Origin: Amphiscolops sp. MND2022
Lineage: Eukaryota
Assembly (NCBI GenBank): GCA_964187785.1
Contig: OZ076409.1
Span: 84,694,001 to 84,758,000 of the forward strand
Direction of reading: 5' to 3'
DNA: 64,000 nucleotides
Part shown: positions 39,874-51,394 of the stretch, one piece after another
How the letters are laid out: every line of letters starts with the position of its first letter
Numbering within the stretch: position 1 is the stretch's first letter
Made by a program: the position numbers and the translations under genes
Notes under the pieces: model-generated
The model's database searches: none
Told to the model about the DNA's origin: nothing
The model's input: only the letters and a program-made list of their open reading frames with translations

Positions 39874-42074
39874 TAACGCCACAAAACTATTTTGCTTCAG
39901 CAAATTCGCACCTTGCCCGAATTGTCAATGCCCTTTAAGTAGAACGTTGCTGCTCTGAATACATGTACTGTGAAGGTATTGTAAGGTGCCTATTCATACA
40001 GCAGAAAATGAAAACTTGGACCCATACAGCAGTATTCAAAATACTAGCTTTTAGTGCTGTTACAGCCAATATGTTGGAACTTGATTTATTTGAAAAGGTT
40101 TGCATACGCTCCCTTCGCCAAGTAGCAACATTGATTTGAGTTAAAATTTAGTTTTGATGAACTTATTTTTCCCCGCCTAATTCCTCTGATTTTCTTGTCT
40201 TTCCAAGACCAATTATCTCAAAACTTTTGTCGGTTTCAATCTTAGCTTACAGATTACCGTGAAGAGTTTCGAGGATTCCTGGAACTACTTCTATCTTTTT
40301 CCTTTAGTTCTGTTTTACTATGTCATACAAAGCCTAACTTATTGGTGACCTAACTCGTTTCATGTTGGTTAGTTGGTTTTTTGATTAAAATCATTCACAT
40401 TTCCACAGCATTGTTTTAAAGGGCACTAGGGGTATGTGAACATATCTGACTCCGTTATAATAATATTTAATTTTTATGTTAAATGGGAATTCAATGTACT
40501 TTTATGTTCTCTGGGAATAAATTTATTTTTGTTATTTGCATTTATGTCATTTGGGAAACCACCTTAAATTTTACTTAACCAAATAGTGGTTGACAGGGGT
40601 TGGTACAAGTTAATTGAAATTATATGGTAGCTGTTTTTTGGAAACAATTAATTTCAATTGGTCGTTTTTGCAATCAATCACTGAAATTAATTGCAAAATT
40701 CAAACAAAAAAGCAGCTAGACAAAGTTTAACTTTTTAAAAGATAGCTGTCTCCACAAGTGTATTTACTCCACAAATGAAAGTTCACTTTGAGAAATAATT
40801 GAGATTCCAGTTTACGTGGGATTATTCTCTGACACAAATCTTATCAGACAAATCCCGCCATGCTGAAAAAAACGGCTAGATTCGATGTAGGCAAAATATA
40901 AAGTGAATTGAAACGAAAAGTATAGTCTATAATTGCAGTTAATTGCATGTTTTGCAATCGATGAATTGGTTTTATCGACGGCTGACAATCAATCAATTGT
41001 GAGAGATGAATGCAATTATTTGCAATGCAATTAATCTTTACCAATACCTGGTGGTGGATTTTGCCAACTAAAACTTTCTGTAGTTTGTAGAGTTTTCCAT
41101 TTGTAAGACATGACAAATTCAATTTTTTTACCAATTCCGTTTTTTTACCAACTATTTTATCAACTATTTTGCCCCCCAAAAAATCAACTATTTTCCGGTT
41201 CCTATTTATGTTTAGTAAAATGAATTTCATTTTTGTTAAATTGAACTCGTTATAAATTTTTTCAGTTTAAAACTCATCCATCTTGCGATGTCCCACCTAA
41301 TGCCTGTCCCAACAAGGGCATGCAAAAAAGTGTACATGTCCCACCAACGCTTACGAAACCAAACTGAATGCATTTAATTTTCTGTAACCTAAAAAAAACA
41401 AATGCAATTTTGGCAAGTATTTTATACTAGATTAAATTCTCAAACTTTCTCAGCTGACAGTTTTTTGAATTTGTGACAGTTTTCAAGATATTAAGATTTA
41501 GATATACTGTACAGTAGCGTTCTCTGTTAATATCGCAACCTCATAGTATAAAATGGCAAAATTCAAAACCAAATTTCTCAAACTGTCACAAATACAAACT
41601 TTTGCCAGCTAGGAAAGTTTCTGAAAACTTTATCTAGTTTACAAAAATGTTTGTTTGAAATTTCTACAACCGGTACCAAAAAAGTTGAAAATTGCAATAT
41701 TTAGAAAATTTTATTTAAAATTGGAGTTTATCGAAAATTGAGTAGCTTAGAATTGATTTTTTTAATATATTCTTTTATTTGATTCGGAGACTTTCTTTAA
41801 TCTCCCGAACCTACTGAATTGTTTTGATTGAGAAATTTGTTCGAAAAAAATACACTATATTTTGTGTCTATGAGCACTGAACTACGTGTACCAAACCAGA
41901 GTTGGTGGGACATAGACCCCCTTTTTTACTAGGCCTTGGTGGGACGGGCATTAAGTGGGACATAAAAGGTGGGACCTGTATTAAGATTGGTTATAAGAAT
42001 TGTATTTAGAAAATTGATGATTTTTCTTTGAAATCAAAAAAGTGTTCCGATAAACTTATATCAGCATCCTCAGG

Positions 42075-42508
42075 CAGGGGTTGGTAATAATGTATTGCAA
42101 TACAATACAAGCCTAGCAATAAATAATTTTTATTGTGCTTGGGAAAAAATAAATTATTGAACTTATTTAAAATAAAATCAATAAAAAAACTCAATCAAAT
42201 CTGCTACAGTCCTGACATTCCAATATGTATTCTTTATTGAACTGGAGGAATATCTGCGCCTCTAGGTTTGATTGGAGATGTCTCCTTTCTATAATTTGTG
42301 AATACTGCTCGGTTAGCAAATCACAGCTCTCGGCGTCCACTCAAATTCTACTAACAATTCAATTATCCCGCAACAATACGTTTCAGTTTACTGTAAAATT
42401 TATTTACCAAGGAAAATAATTTATTTTTATTTCTTCGATCTCGAAATAAATAATTCTTATTTATTTATTGACAATTTTTTTTCAATAATTATTTATTGCC
42501 AACCCCTG
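42075..42508. mobile_element. hAT-type MITE
   Basis: TIRs caggggttgg / ccaacccctg; perfect 8-bp TSD tcctcagg. Confidence 0.9.
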
Positions 42509-44541
42509 TCCTCAGGAGGTTTGGGGGCAAATGATTGACTGAGTTTTTCAAATAATTCTTTCAACTTTATGGAAATCCAGAAAAAAAATACAAATTTGAT
42601 TAAATTTTGTCAAAATTGCAATTTCTAACTAATGTATTTTTTGTCACAGAAATTTCAAATTGACATTTTTGTAAACTAGATAAATTTCTTAGAAACTTTC
42701 TTAACTGACAATTTTTCGTATTTCTGATAGTTTTTAAGATAGTTTGATTTGAAACTTGCATTTTTGCACAATTGAGTTGCGATATGTTAGAAGGCTACTG
42801 TAGAACGTTCCTCGTTACATGTACGCTAATCACAAAAGCATGCTCAATCACGTTGCGTTTCTTTTCCGTCCGTCGTTCAATGAACTCCAGTCTATGCAAC
42901 AAGCTAGCTGTAGGTTGTGAATGATGAATGCAATTTTCATGCTCAATCACATTGCGTTTCTTTATCAGTTCAATTCCCATCACAACGAACTAAATTATGT
43001 TAGTTGGAACGTTATCATTATTATTACCTTAATTCTTTTACCGTTTTTCTTTCTGCAGTAATTTTGCTGCTTATATTCGAAGAAATACGGTAAGCAATGG
43101 CATTTAGGATAAATTTTTCATGCTTAATGTGGCTCTAATCGGGGGCGGCTTATATTCGGGGGCGACTTCTATTTGAAAAATTATATTTGAAACAACTTCT
43201 ATTTGAGATATTTGTGTTATTTGCTCATATTATTTGGTTCGTGATCTTCAGGGCGACCAAATATTGACGTAATAATTCAAAAACAAATGACTTCACTATT
43301 TCTAAAAAATAATTTTATATTGACCAGGGTTACCGAAAAAATTACTTCAATGGAAATACCTGCAACAAATATATATTAAAAATTTATTTTTGAGATCATG
43401 GAAGAAAAATGATTTATTTTTGGATCTTGAAATAAAAATTATGTATCTAATCGCCAAAATAATTCTGCAATGACGAATTGCGTCGTCAGCCAATAGAATT
43501 GTGTCGCATTGGTTGACACAAACTCATTTGCGACATGCATTGTCACCACTGCATGCGGAGGCCATTCAATTTCTCCATAATAACAGGGAACTCGGGTCGG
43601 CAGAAAATGTTTCAAAAGTTATATAATTGTATAACTCATTTGACTGTAAAATATATTGTGAAATTATTGCTATAGATACCACCAGATATTGCATGGAATA
43701 GATACAACTGTGATTGTTGATGTTCCAATCGCCTCCACCGTGGCAATAATGCAGCGGTATTGAAAGCAATGTCCTTCTCCACTTCCTCGCGCAGTATAAT
43801 TACTTAAACCGGGCGTTTTTGGACGTATTTGTATATTTTGTCTAGATAATTGTTTTTCCTCAGCGCGCAATAGAAATAAGTTATTGAGAGCCGCAATGAT
43901 ATTGCAATACAAATGTGGAAGACCTGGCGGAGAAAAAGGAAAAAAAAAGAATTGAGTTTACTAATGAAAAAATGTGATTGAACAAGTTTATTGGGACCAT
44001 GTGATCTATTTCCCCCCCCCAAACTGCGGCGGGGGGAAATAAGACACAAGGTTCAAATACCATTATGTCGACATCGTTGCGTTGAAATTTTAGTCCAATA
44101 AAATAATTGATGTCGACATAATCCTATCAATTACATTGACTGTCAGTTAAAAGTTGCTCATTAGATTTTATAGCGGACAAAATTTGCGCTAAATAAGGGC
44201 CTTTTTATACAATTTTAGCATGTTCCCAACGTGAATTTCTGCTATTTTGGACAATAATATCAAAAAAAATATATGATATTTTTTTGCCTGAAGTGTCCAA
44301 ACAGTTGTGGAGACAATCCTCTAAGTATTTACATTCATATAATATTCTCTTATTAGCGAAATATTTTTATTCAAGAACAAAATGTGCTTTCGTGTTGGGG
44401 GGGATATTCCTAACAAGGTGTACCTGGGGGAAATAGATCACATGGTCCGTTTATTGTTTTTTTTATACAAAGTCAATGTAAATAAAAATAAAATCAGTTC
44501 ATTTGAAAAAGTTTTATAATTTCTGAAATTGGATCAACCTC

Positions 44542-45192
44542 TCACTTCCATTTAAGCACGCTCTCTCTCCTGCACTGAGGGCACTTCACCCAAATGATGC
44601 TGTCAGTGGTCGTTTGCCTGTAAATCACAGTATGGATAATTTATGAACACAATCATGAATAAGTTAGTTCATTTCAAACTTTTTGTTCCGTTTTAATAAT
44701 TCTTGATCTGGAAACGGAGTCAATGTGCAGGGGATTAGACACTTTGTAGAATGTTAGCTCCAACAATTTTTTTTTGCCAATTTCAATAATTTTTGAACGT
44801 CTAATTTGACGTCCCACCTTTCATGTCCCACCTTTCATGACCCACCTAATGCCCGTCCTACCAAGGTCTAGTGAAGAAGGGGGTATATGTCCCACTAATT
44901 CTACTTTACTCAACGTATCAAGAATTACTCAAAAGTAATAATTTCATGGCATCAAAAAACTATCTTTGAAATAACGAAAGTTTTGGAATTTTGTTCATGG
45001 AAATATGGGAAACTTTTGAAGTAAAAAACATTGTCAGCTTCAACTACAAACTTCAAAAGCAAGGTTCTGTAAAACTCACCTCTCTAGGCTTTTGATCCAA
45101 GCCTTACGGCACACCCGGCATATTGCGTGTTTCTCATCAAGCCACCAAATAAGGTTGTACAGTTCCTCCCCACAAACGGCACAGAGCAGCAT
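44542..45192 (-). CDS. Two-exon RING-like micro-protein C (62 aa); exons 45192-45080 and 44617-44542
   Basis: Donor ag|gtgagt, acceptor tttacag|g, 462-nt phase-2 intron. Spliced product MLLCAVCGEELYNLIWWLDEKHAICRVCRKAWIKSLERQTTTDSIIWVKCPQCRRESVLKWK*. aataaa ~90 nt downstream. Confidence 0.8.
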
Positions 45193-45886
45193 TTGGATAC
45201 TTCGTAGGAAAAGTGACGAAATTTTGAAGATTAAGGTGTTTTGATAGTGTTTTGCGATCAGTGTTAGGAGCTTGAATGATCAATGGAGTCAAATCATTGA
45301 CGAAAAACATCGTTATTTAACTCTATCTTTTATCTATTCCTTGCTTTGTTTAGTAAAAGTTTGTTTTGTCCTTTCACACGAGTAACCATCTACTTAAACA
45401 TTTGAAATAACGTCTTGTACTTGCACAATTTTCTATGTTAGTGATATTAGTGAATCAAGTAAATTACCACCAAGTTTTGAAATAAAAGATGATATGCGAA
45501 AACTGCTGTTAGTTTAAGTTTCGAAATACAGTGAATAAAGATTCACATCCAGAATCACTCTTTAAATATAAGGATCCCTCTTGATATATTGTCTGGGGCT
45601 TTTTTGTTAATTCGTTTTGTTTAATTTAATTTATTGTCTGTTATTCTGTCAAAATCCTAAAATAATCATTGGTATGAGCTAAAACGATTTGATTTGAAAA
45701 ATTTAATTACTTTGTATAATGATTAAGCATTATTCAGAATGATAAATGAAATAATTCAAAAATGTAGAAACAACAAAGAACTCTCAAATGTAAAACATCA
45801 TTTACGAGAGAGAAAATTCATTGAACTCATTCATTGAGAAAAAATGTCTGTGTTTTGAGGAAACCAGACTTAGTGGGACATTGACC

Positions 45887-46394
45887 CAGGGCTGGATTCA
45901 ATTAAATTGCAATACAATAACGTTCCAATCCTCAATTATTGCAATTTTCAAGACGGCATCCCACAATACTTGCAATTATTGCAATTATTGTACAATATTT
46001 TTTGGAAAAAACGATAACATTAAAACAATTTATTATGTTTTTTGAGAGTATTAAATCAAGGTACTTGGTTATTGATTAGGTTGTCGATGGTTTTAACGTT
46101 CCAAATGTTTTTATTAGCGCAAAAAAAAATTGAGCTTCCAGATTAACAGGTAGCAATGATTTTACCACACGACAAAAATAGTTTCAAAAGCATGTTTTGA
46201 AGTAAAATACGGAAACTGTTAAATTTTCAGGCAGATTTTAAGAAAAATTGGCGAATACCACAAATAGTGAAATTGAGTACAATATTTTTCAGTGGTGACA
46301 CAATTATTGCAATATTTAATTTCGCCTCCCACAATAATTGTACGCAATATAATTGCAATAATTGTACACAATAATTGCGGATGACCCAGCCCTG
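45887..46394. mobile_element. hAT-type MITE inserted into a gtgggac-module repeat
   Basis: TIRs cagggctgg / ccagccctg; TSD cattgacc. The uninterrupted target is present at ~56575-56690. Confidence 0.9.
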
Positions 46395-47039
46395 CATTGA
46401 CCCCCTTTCTATTGAACTTTGGTGGAGCGGGCAATAGGTGGGACATAAAAGGTGGGACCTCCTATGAGACAGTGAAAATTGACAAAAATGGTGCCGTTGT
46501 AAGTTCGCCATATTTAAGTTCGCCACGTATAAGTTAGCCCGTAAAACTTAGCCACGTTTAAGTTAGCCACCATATAAGATCGCCACGTTTATTTTCGCCA
46601 CATTTCAGCTAATATTGATTTATTTGAAAAAGTTTGCATATTTGTTGTATGGCTCGGTCGCTTCGCTTCCTTCGCCAAGTAGCAACATTGAGGCATGGCC
46701 ATATGGCACGTCGCTCCGCTTCGCTTCGCTCCTGTATATAGGGCACTAGGGGTATGTGAACATACGATCTCGAGTCCGAAAATTATTCTTGCACAAAATA
46801 AACATTTTTACAATAAAAAAGCTGAATTAGGGAGAAAGTTTGCTACTTGGCAATCGGACCATTATAATGTAACGCCATGTCTCATCTGACCCAAAGTAAT
46901 TAAATAATGTCGACTTTAATATTATTGATTTTTTGCTACTACTAGTTATTTCAATTTAATTTTCCGTGGGACTTGTTCTTTCGACACGCAGAATAGTTAA
47001 TTTTAATTAAATACCTCGATGAAGCAAAATAAGAAAAAA

Positions 47040-47570
47040 TAAATATAAAACATCTCAACAATCTTTCGGATATGTTTTCATTATCGTCAGATGAATTTCG
47101 AGAAGGTACATATAAATGCTTTTCTATGTAGGAAGATTGAATATCCGCAATTTTTTCAGGTGTTGTTTCATCAGAAAGGTCTTCTTTCAATGTTTTTCCA
47201 TACCATTTTTGAAACTCATTCAAGATTTGTGTTTGTTCTGTAAGTATTTCGCCTTTATCAATTTTCAGCAATTTGATGTTGTTTTTATTACGTCTAGAAG
47301 CTAACATATTTTTCAAAGCCTTCGGATCACCTTCATTCACGTCAGACAAAATAATATTCTCCAATTGGGTTACTTTCGAGAACAAACTCTTCTCATGTTC
47401 ATTTCTCTCTCGCTTAACCTGAATGCTAAGGTTTTTGAGAGAGCTCCGTAAACGAGTTTTGAATAACTCATATTGACTGGAAGTTATAGATTTCATTTTG
47501 TTCAAGTAGAAGTTCAAAACGTTCGAAAATTTATCTTTATTTTGCAGCACTGAGTGATCTAGTGACGTCA
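47040..47570 (-). mobile_element. L1/Tx1-like LINE ORF2 fragment (EN-RT linker)
   Basis: Within ORF 46951-47667: KNNIKLLKIDKGEILTEQTQILNEFQKWYGKTL fits the I..L....G...T....I...F..Y..L linker pattern of L1-clade ORF2. Confidence 0.6.
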
Positions 47571-47720
47571 TCGGTGAGCTCATATGCAGAAAGTAATTGA
47601 ACGGACACCATTGACTCTGTAAAAGGCTGCTGGTTATTCGCGGGAAATTCGCGGTAATTCGCGCCACGATTAACCAGCAGGCCTGCTGTGTATATAAATT
47701 CTAATTATTTCACTGTAAAT

Positions 47721-47860
47721 AGGGGACTATAGCTCAGAGCAACAGCTTCCGCTTGTTGGTATCACCGAAGTTAAACAACACTTAGGAGGAGGGTTCATTG
47801 GCATCTTTGTGATCATATCTGTAGATATCATAGCTGGCTCTGAGCAACTGTCCCCATTTT
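47721..47860 (+). ncRNA. 5S/tRNA-chimeric Pol III-like hairpin element, copy 1
   Basis: tRNA-like 5' end ggggactatagctcag, 5S-like atcaccgaagttaaaca, terminal stem with gctctgagcaactgtcccc, then TTTT. Confidence 0.5.
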
Positions 47861-49662
47861 GAAAAATTTTGAAACAAAAAGAGTTCATTTTAAATATCCA
47901 AATATCTTTAAAACTGTCACTGTTGAATGTGAACAGTTGTCAGGGGTACCGCAAAAATAATTCATTGTGGAAATAATGGCCATAAATAATTAATTTTTTG
48001 GGTCTTCCATAAAAATGGTGAATTCCCAAATAGCATAAAAGCAAATAACATAAAAACAAAATTAGTTTCAAATAACATAAAAATGAAATTAGTTTCAAAT
48101 AACATAAAAATGAAATGGGTTTCACTAAACAGAAAAACAAAATTGTTTACGAGAAAGTTTTAGTGGTCAAAAGCATTCACAAATCAAACGATTCACTGAA
48201 AAAAGTGTGGAAATTACAGATAAAATTTTCTGAGTTCGATTGTTTAACCGGGTATTCGGTTTTGTTTTTATGTTATTTGACACTAATTTTGTTTTAATGT
48301 TATTTGCACTTATGTTATTTGGTACGTAATCTATAAAAATAATTTATTTTTGGACAAAGGAGTATTGCCATAATTTATGGATTTCTGAGAATTATGGCAG
48401 CCATTATTTTCACAGCATCCAGGTAGTCCCACTTACCATTTACAAAATAAAATTAAATTCATTTAGCATAAAAATAAAACCAAATTCCAGGTTTTTGGAA
48501 TTCCGAGAAAATCACTAAATTTTATCTGTAATTTTCATTTTTTCAGCAAGTCTTTTGAATTGTGAATGCTTTAGGCAACTAAAACTAGACCATTTGTCCT
48601 ATTTCCCCCGAAGCGACCGCGGGTTAAGACACAAGTTTCAAACACTAATTTGTCGAAAAGCCTCTGTCAAGTCAATCCTCTAAGTATTTACGTTCATATA
48701 TATTATTTTCTTAATAGTGCAATATATTTTTTCAAGAACAAACTTTGTTTTTTGTTGTTGGGGCCGTTTCGAAGCAAGGTGTATAGAAGGGGGATTGAAA
48801 AAGACACACGGTTCTGAAAACTTTCTTGTAAACATTTTTATTTGGAACTGGTTTCATTTTTATGGTTTTTGAAACTAATTTAGTTTTTATTATTTGCTCA
48901 TTAGTGAAATGTTTTTATTCAAGAACAAAATGTAATTTCGTGTTGAGGGGTGTGTAATTCCCAAAAAGGTGTCTCTGTGGAGGAATAGATGACATGGTCC
49001 AAAATAAGTTATTTTCAGATTCACAGGTATCATTAATTGAAGTAGCAACGCGATGTGATTTTCGCGTAACTTCGGTGAAGTAGCAACGCGATGTGATTTC
49101 GAGTTCTTCTTTTCGAGTACAGTTCTAAAATATCGCAACCTCATAGCATAAAATGGCAAAATTCAAAACCAAATATCTCACAAACTGCCACGAAGACGAA
49201 ATTTTGCCGGCTAGGAAAGTTTGTTAGAAGTTTATCTATTTAACAAAAATGTTTGTTTGAAAGTTCTGCAAGAAAAAGTTAACTGAATCTGCAAACGATT
49301 GACTGAAAATTTTTCAAAAATATATTTTAAATTTTGTGTACAAACTTTGTACAGAAAAAGTACAAATTTGATTAAATTTTGTCAAAATTCCCATTTTCTA
49401 ACTTTTGTAATTTTTGTCGCAAAAATTTCAAACAAACTTTTTCGTAAACTAGATAAAATTCTAAGAAACTTTCCTAGCTGACACTTTTTGGTATTTGTGA
49501 CAATTTTCAAGAAATTTCGATTTGAAATTTGCAATTTTAAGCATTGGAGCTGCGATATTTTAGAACGCTATTGTACTACATCATAGAACACTACTGTACA
49601 TCATCAATATAACAGTATGGTATGAGCTAAGCTATTAATATCGAATTTAGTTTACCTTATGT

Positions 49663-49808
49663 AGGGGAATATGGCTCAGTGCAACAGCTTCCGCTTGTCA
49701 GATCACCAAAGTTAAACACTCTGGCAGAATTGTTCAATAAAATCTAAGTTCATGAGGTAGGTATCTCCTGTCGTCTATCTGTAGATATCTGAGCCAATGT
49801 CCCCTTTT
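49663..49808 (+). ncRNA. 5S/tRNA-chimeric Pol III-like hairpin element, copy 2
   Basis: aggggaatatggctcag ... cttgtcagatcaccaaagttaaaca ... ctgagccaatgtcccctttt. Confidence 0.5.
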
Positions 49809-50262
49809 GGTATAACTTTGAAACAAAAACTTAAAATGTTAAATTTTAGGACCATGTGTCTTATTCCACCAAAGCAGGCGTGTTCAGTAAACAACAGTTT
49901 TAGAAGCAGCTAGACTTTGATGCAACTCGTCAGTTCAAAATTAGAAGTAAATAAATTAAACAAATAAAACAAGGCAGACACGTTACACGTACGCTAATCA
50001 CAAAAACATGCTCAATCACATTGCGTTTCTTTTCAGTCGTTCAATCCTCCAGCTTTGCTACAAGCTAGCTCTAGGTTGAGAATGAATGAAAGAAATTTTC
50101 ATGCTCAGTCACATGGCGTTTCTTTATCAGTTCAATTCCCATCACAACGAACCAAATTATCATTACCGAGTTTCTTTTACCTTTTTCTGCAGTGATTTCG
50201 CTGCCTATATTCGAAGAAATACAGTAAGATATGGCTTTTATGATAAACTTTTCATGCTTTAT

Positions 50263-50741
50263 CAGGGGCTCCGAAAAAATAATGGCCATATTATGGCACT
50301 CCAAAAATAAAAAATTTTTATTTCTCGTACAGAAAAATGAATTATTTTGATTTCTCAGCAATAAAAATAAATAATGGCCATTATGGCAAAAAGCAAAAAA
50401 TATTTTTTCGACAGTTTGCACATCCCAGAATGATCTATTTACAAATAGAAAAACAGATCCTTCAAGATGCATGGGGGTCATGTTTTGTCTCAGATACCCC
50501 TGCGTCAGTTTTGATCGGCTGAAAAGTCTTTCGCGCGTTAATTCGTCCTCTTCGCGGTCACAGACACAATGGCGGCACTCAAATGGCGGTGGTCACAAAA
50601 ATAATTTTTCAATAATGGATCTGAAAAAAAAATAAATTTTATTTCTAATATCAAAAAATAAATAATTTTTATGGAAAAATCAAAAAAATAAAAAATTAAT
50701 TAAAATAATTTCGATGAGAAATTACTTTTTCGGAGCCCATG
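50263..50741. mobile_element. hAT-type MITE
   Basis: TIRs caggggctccgaaaa / ttttcggagcccatg; TSD tgctttat / tgcttaat. Empty site of the host repeat at ~43115-43140. Confidence 0.85.
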
Positions 50742-50968
50742 TGCTTAATGTGGCTTCTAATCGAGAAGCGAATGATTTTTATTCCATGATCTCAAAAATA
50801 AATTATTGTTATTGCTTGATTGCAGTTATTTTCATTGAAATGATTTTTTCGGTAACCTTGTATGTTGTTTGGTACGTAATCATTTTTATCAAGTGAACAA
50901 CTTTAGGACCATGTCATTTATTCCACCCCCCCCCCCCAGGTAAAAAGAATTTGAAAAGAATCTTTAAC

Positions 50969-51394
50969 CAGGAATTGGAAAATTTTGATTGATGAACAAT
51001 AAATTGCAATTTTTCAATGAAAATATTTTTATTGGGTAATTTTAAGACGTCAAAGAATTGATTGGAAAGTAGGCAATGAAAACCAATTCATTGCAATTCT
51101 CTTAGCCTATTTCTCGGGCATATTTGTATAGCCAAACATAGCTAAATGAATTGAGTGCATACTTGGCAAATATTAACGTAATTCCAGGCGCTAATTTGTT
51201 GCAAATTTCGTAAAAAGCTTATTCCGAACATCATTTTTGATTGTGATAGTATGAATGAAATTTTAAATGTTTTTCGTTGAAATTAATTGCCAAATAATTG
51301 ATCAATTGAATTGGAGTTTTTCGAAAAGTGCAATTAATTTTTTGTGCCATTTTTGAATATCAATTAAATTGCAATTGATATTTTCCAATTCCTG
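50969..51394. mobile_element. hAT-type MITE
   Basis: TIRs caggaattggaaaat / attttccaattcctg; TSD tctttaac / tcttcaac. Confidence 0.85.

Noticed and set aside
46951..47667. Intact 238-aa host gene
   Set aside because: GTG start lies in a small palindrome (47627-47680), and the core resembles an L1-type ORF2 linker fragment.
47721..47860. Functional 5S rRNA gene
   Set aside because: Only ~25-30 nt around box A match; 5S helix I, the intermediate element and a proper box C are absent.
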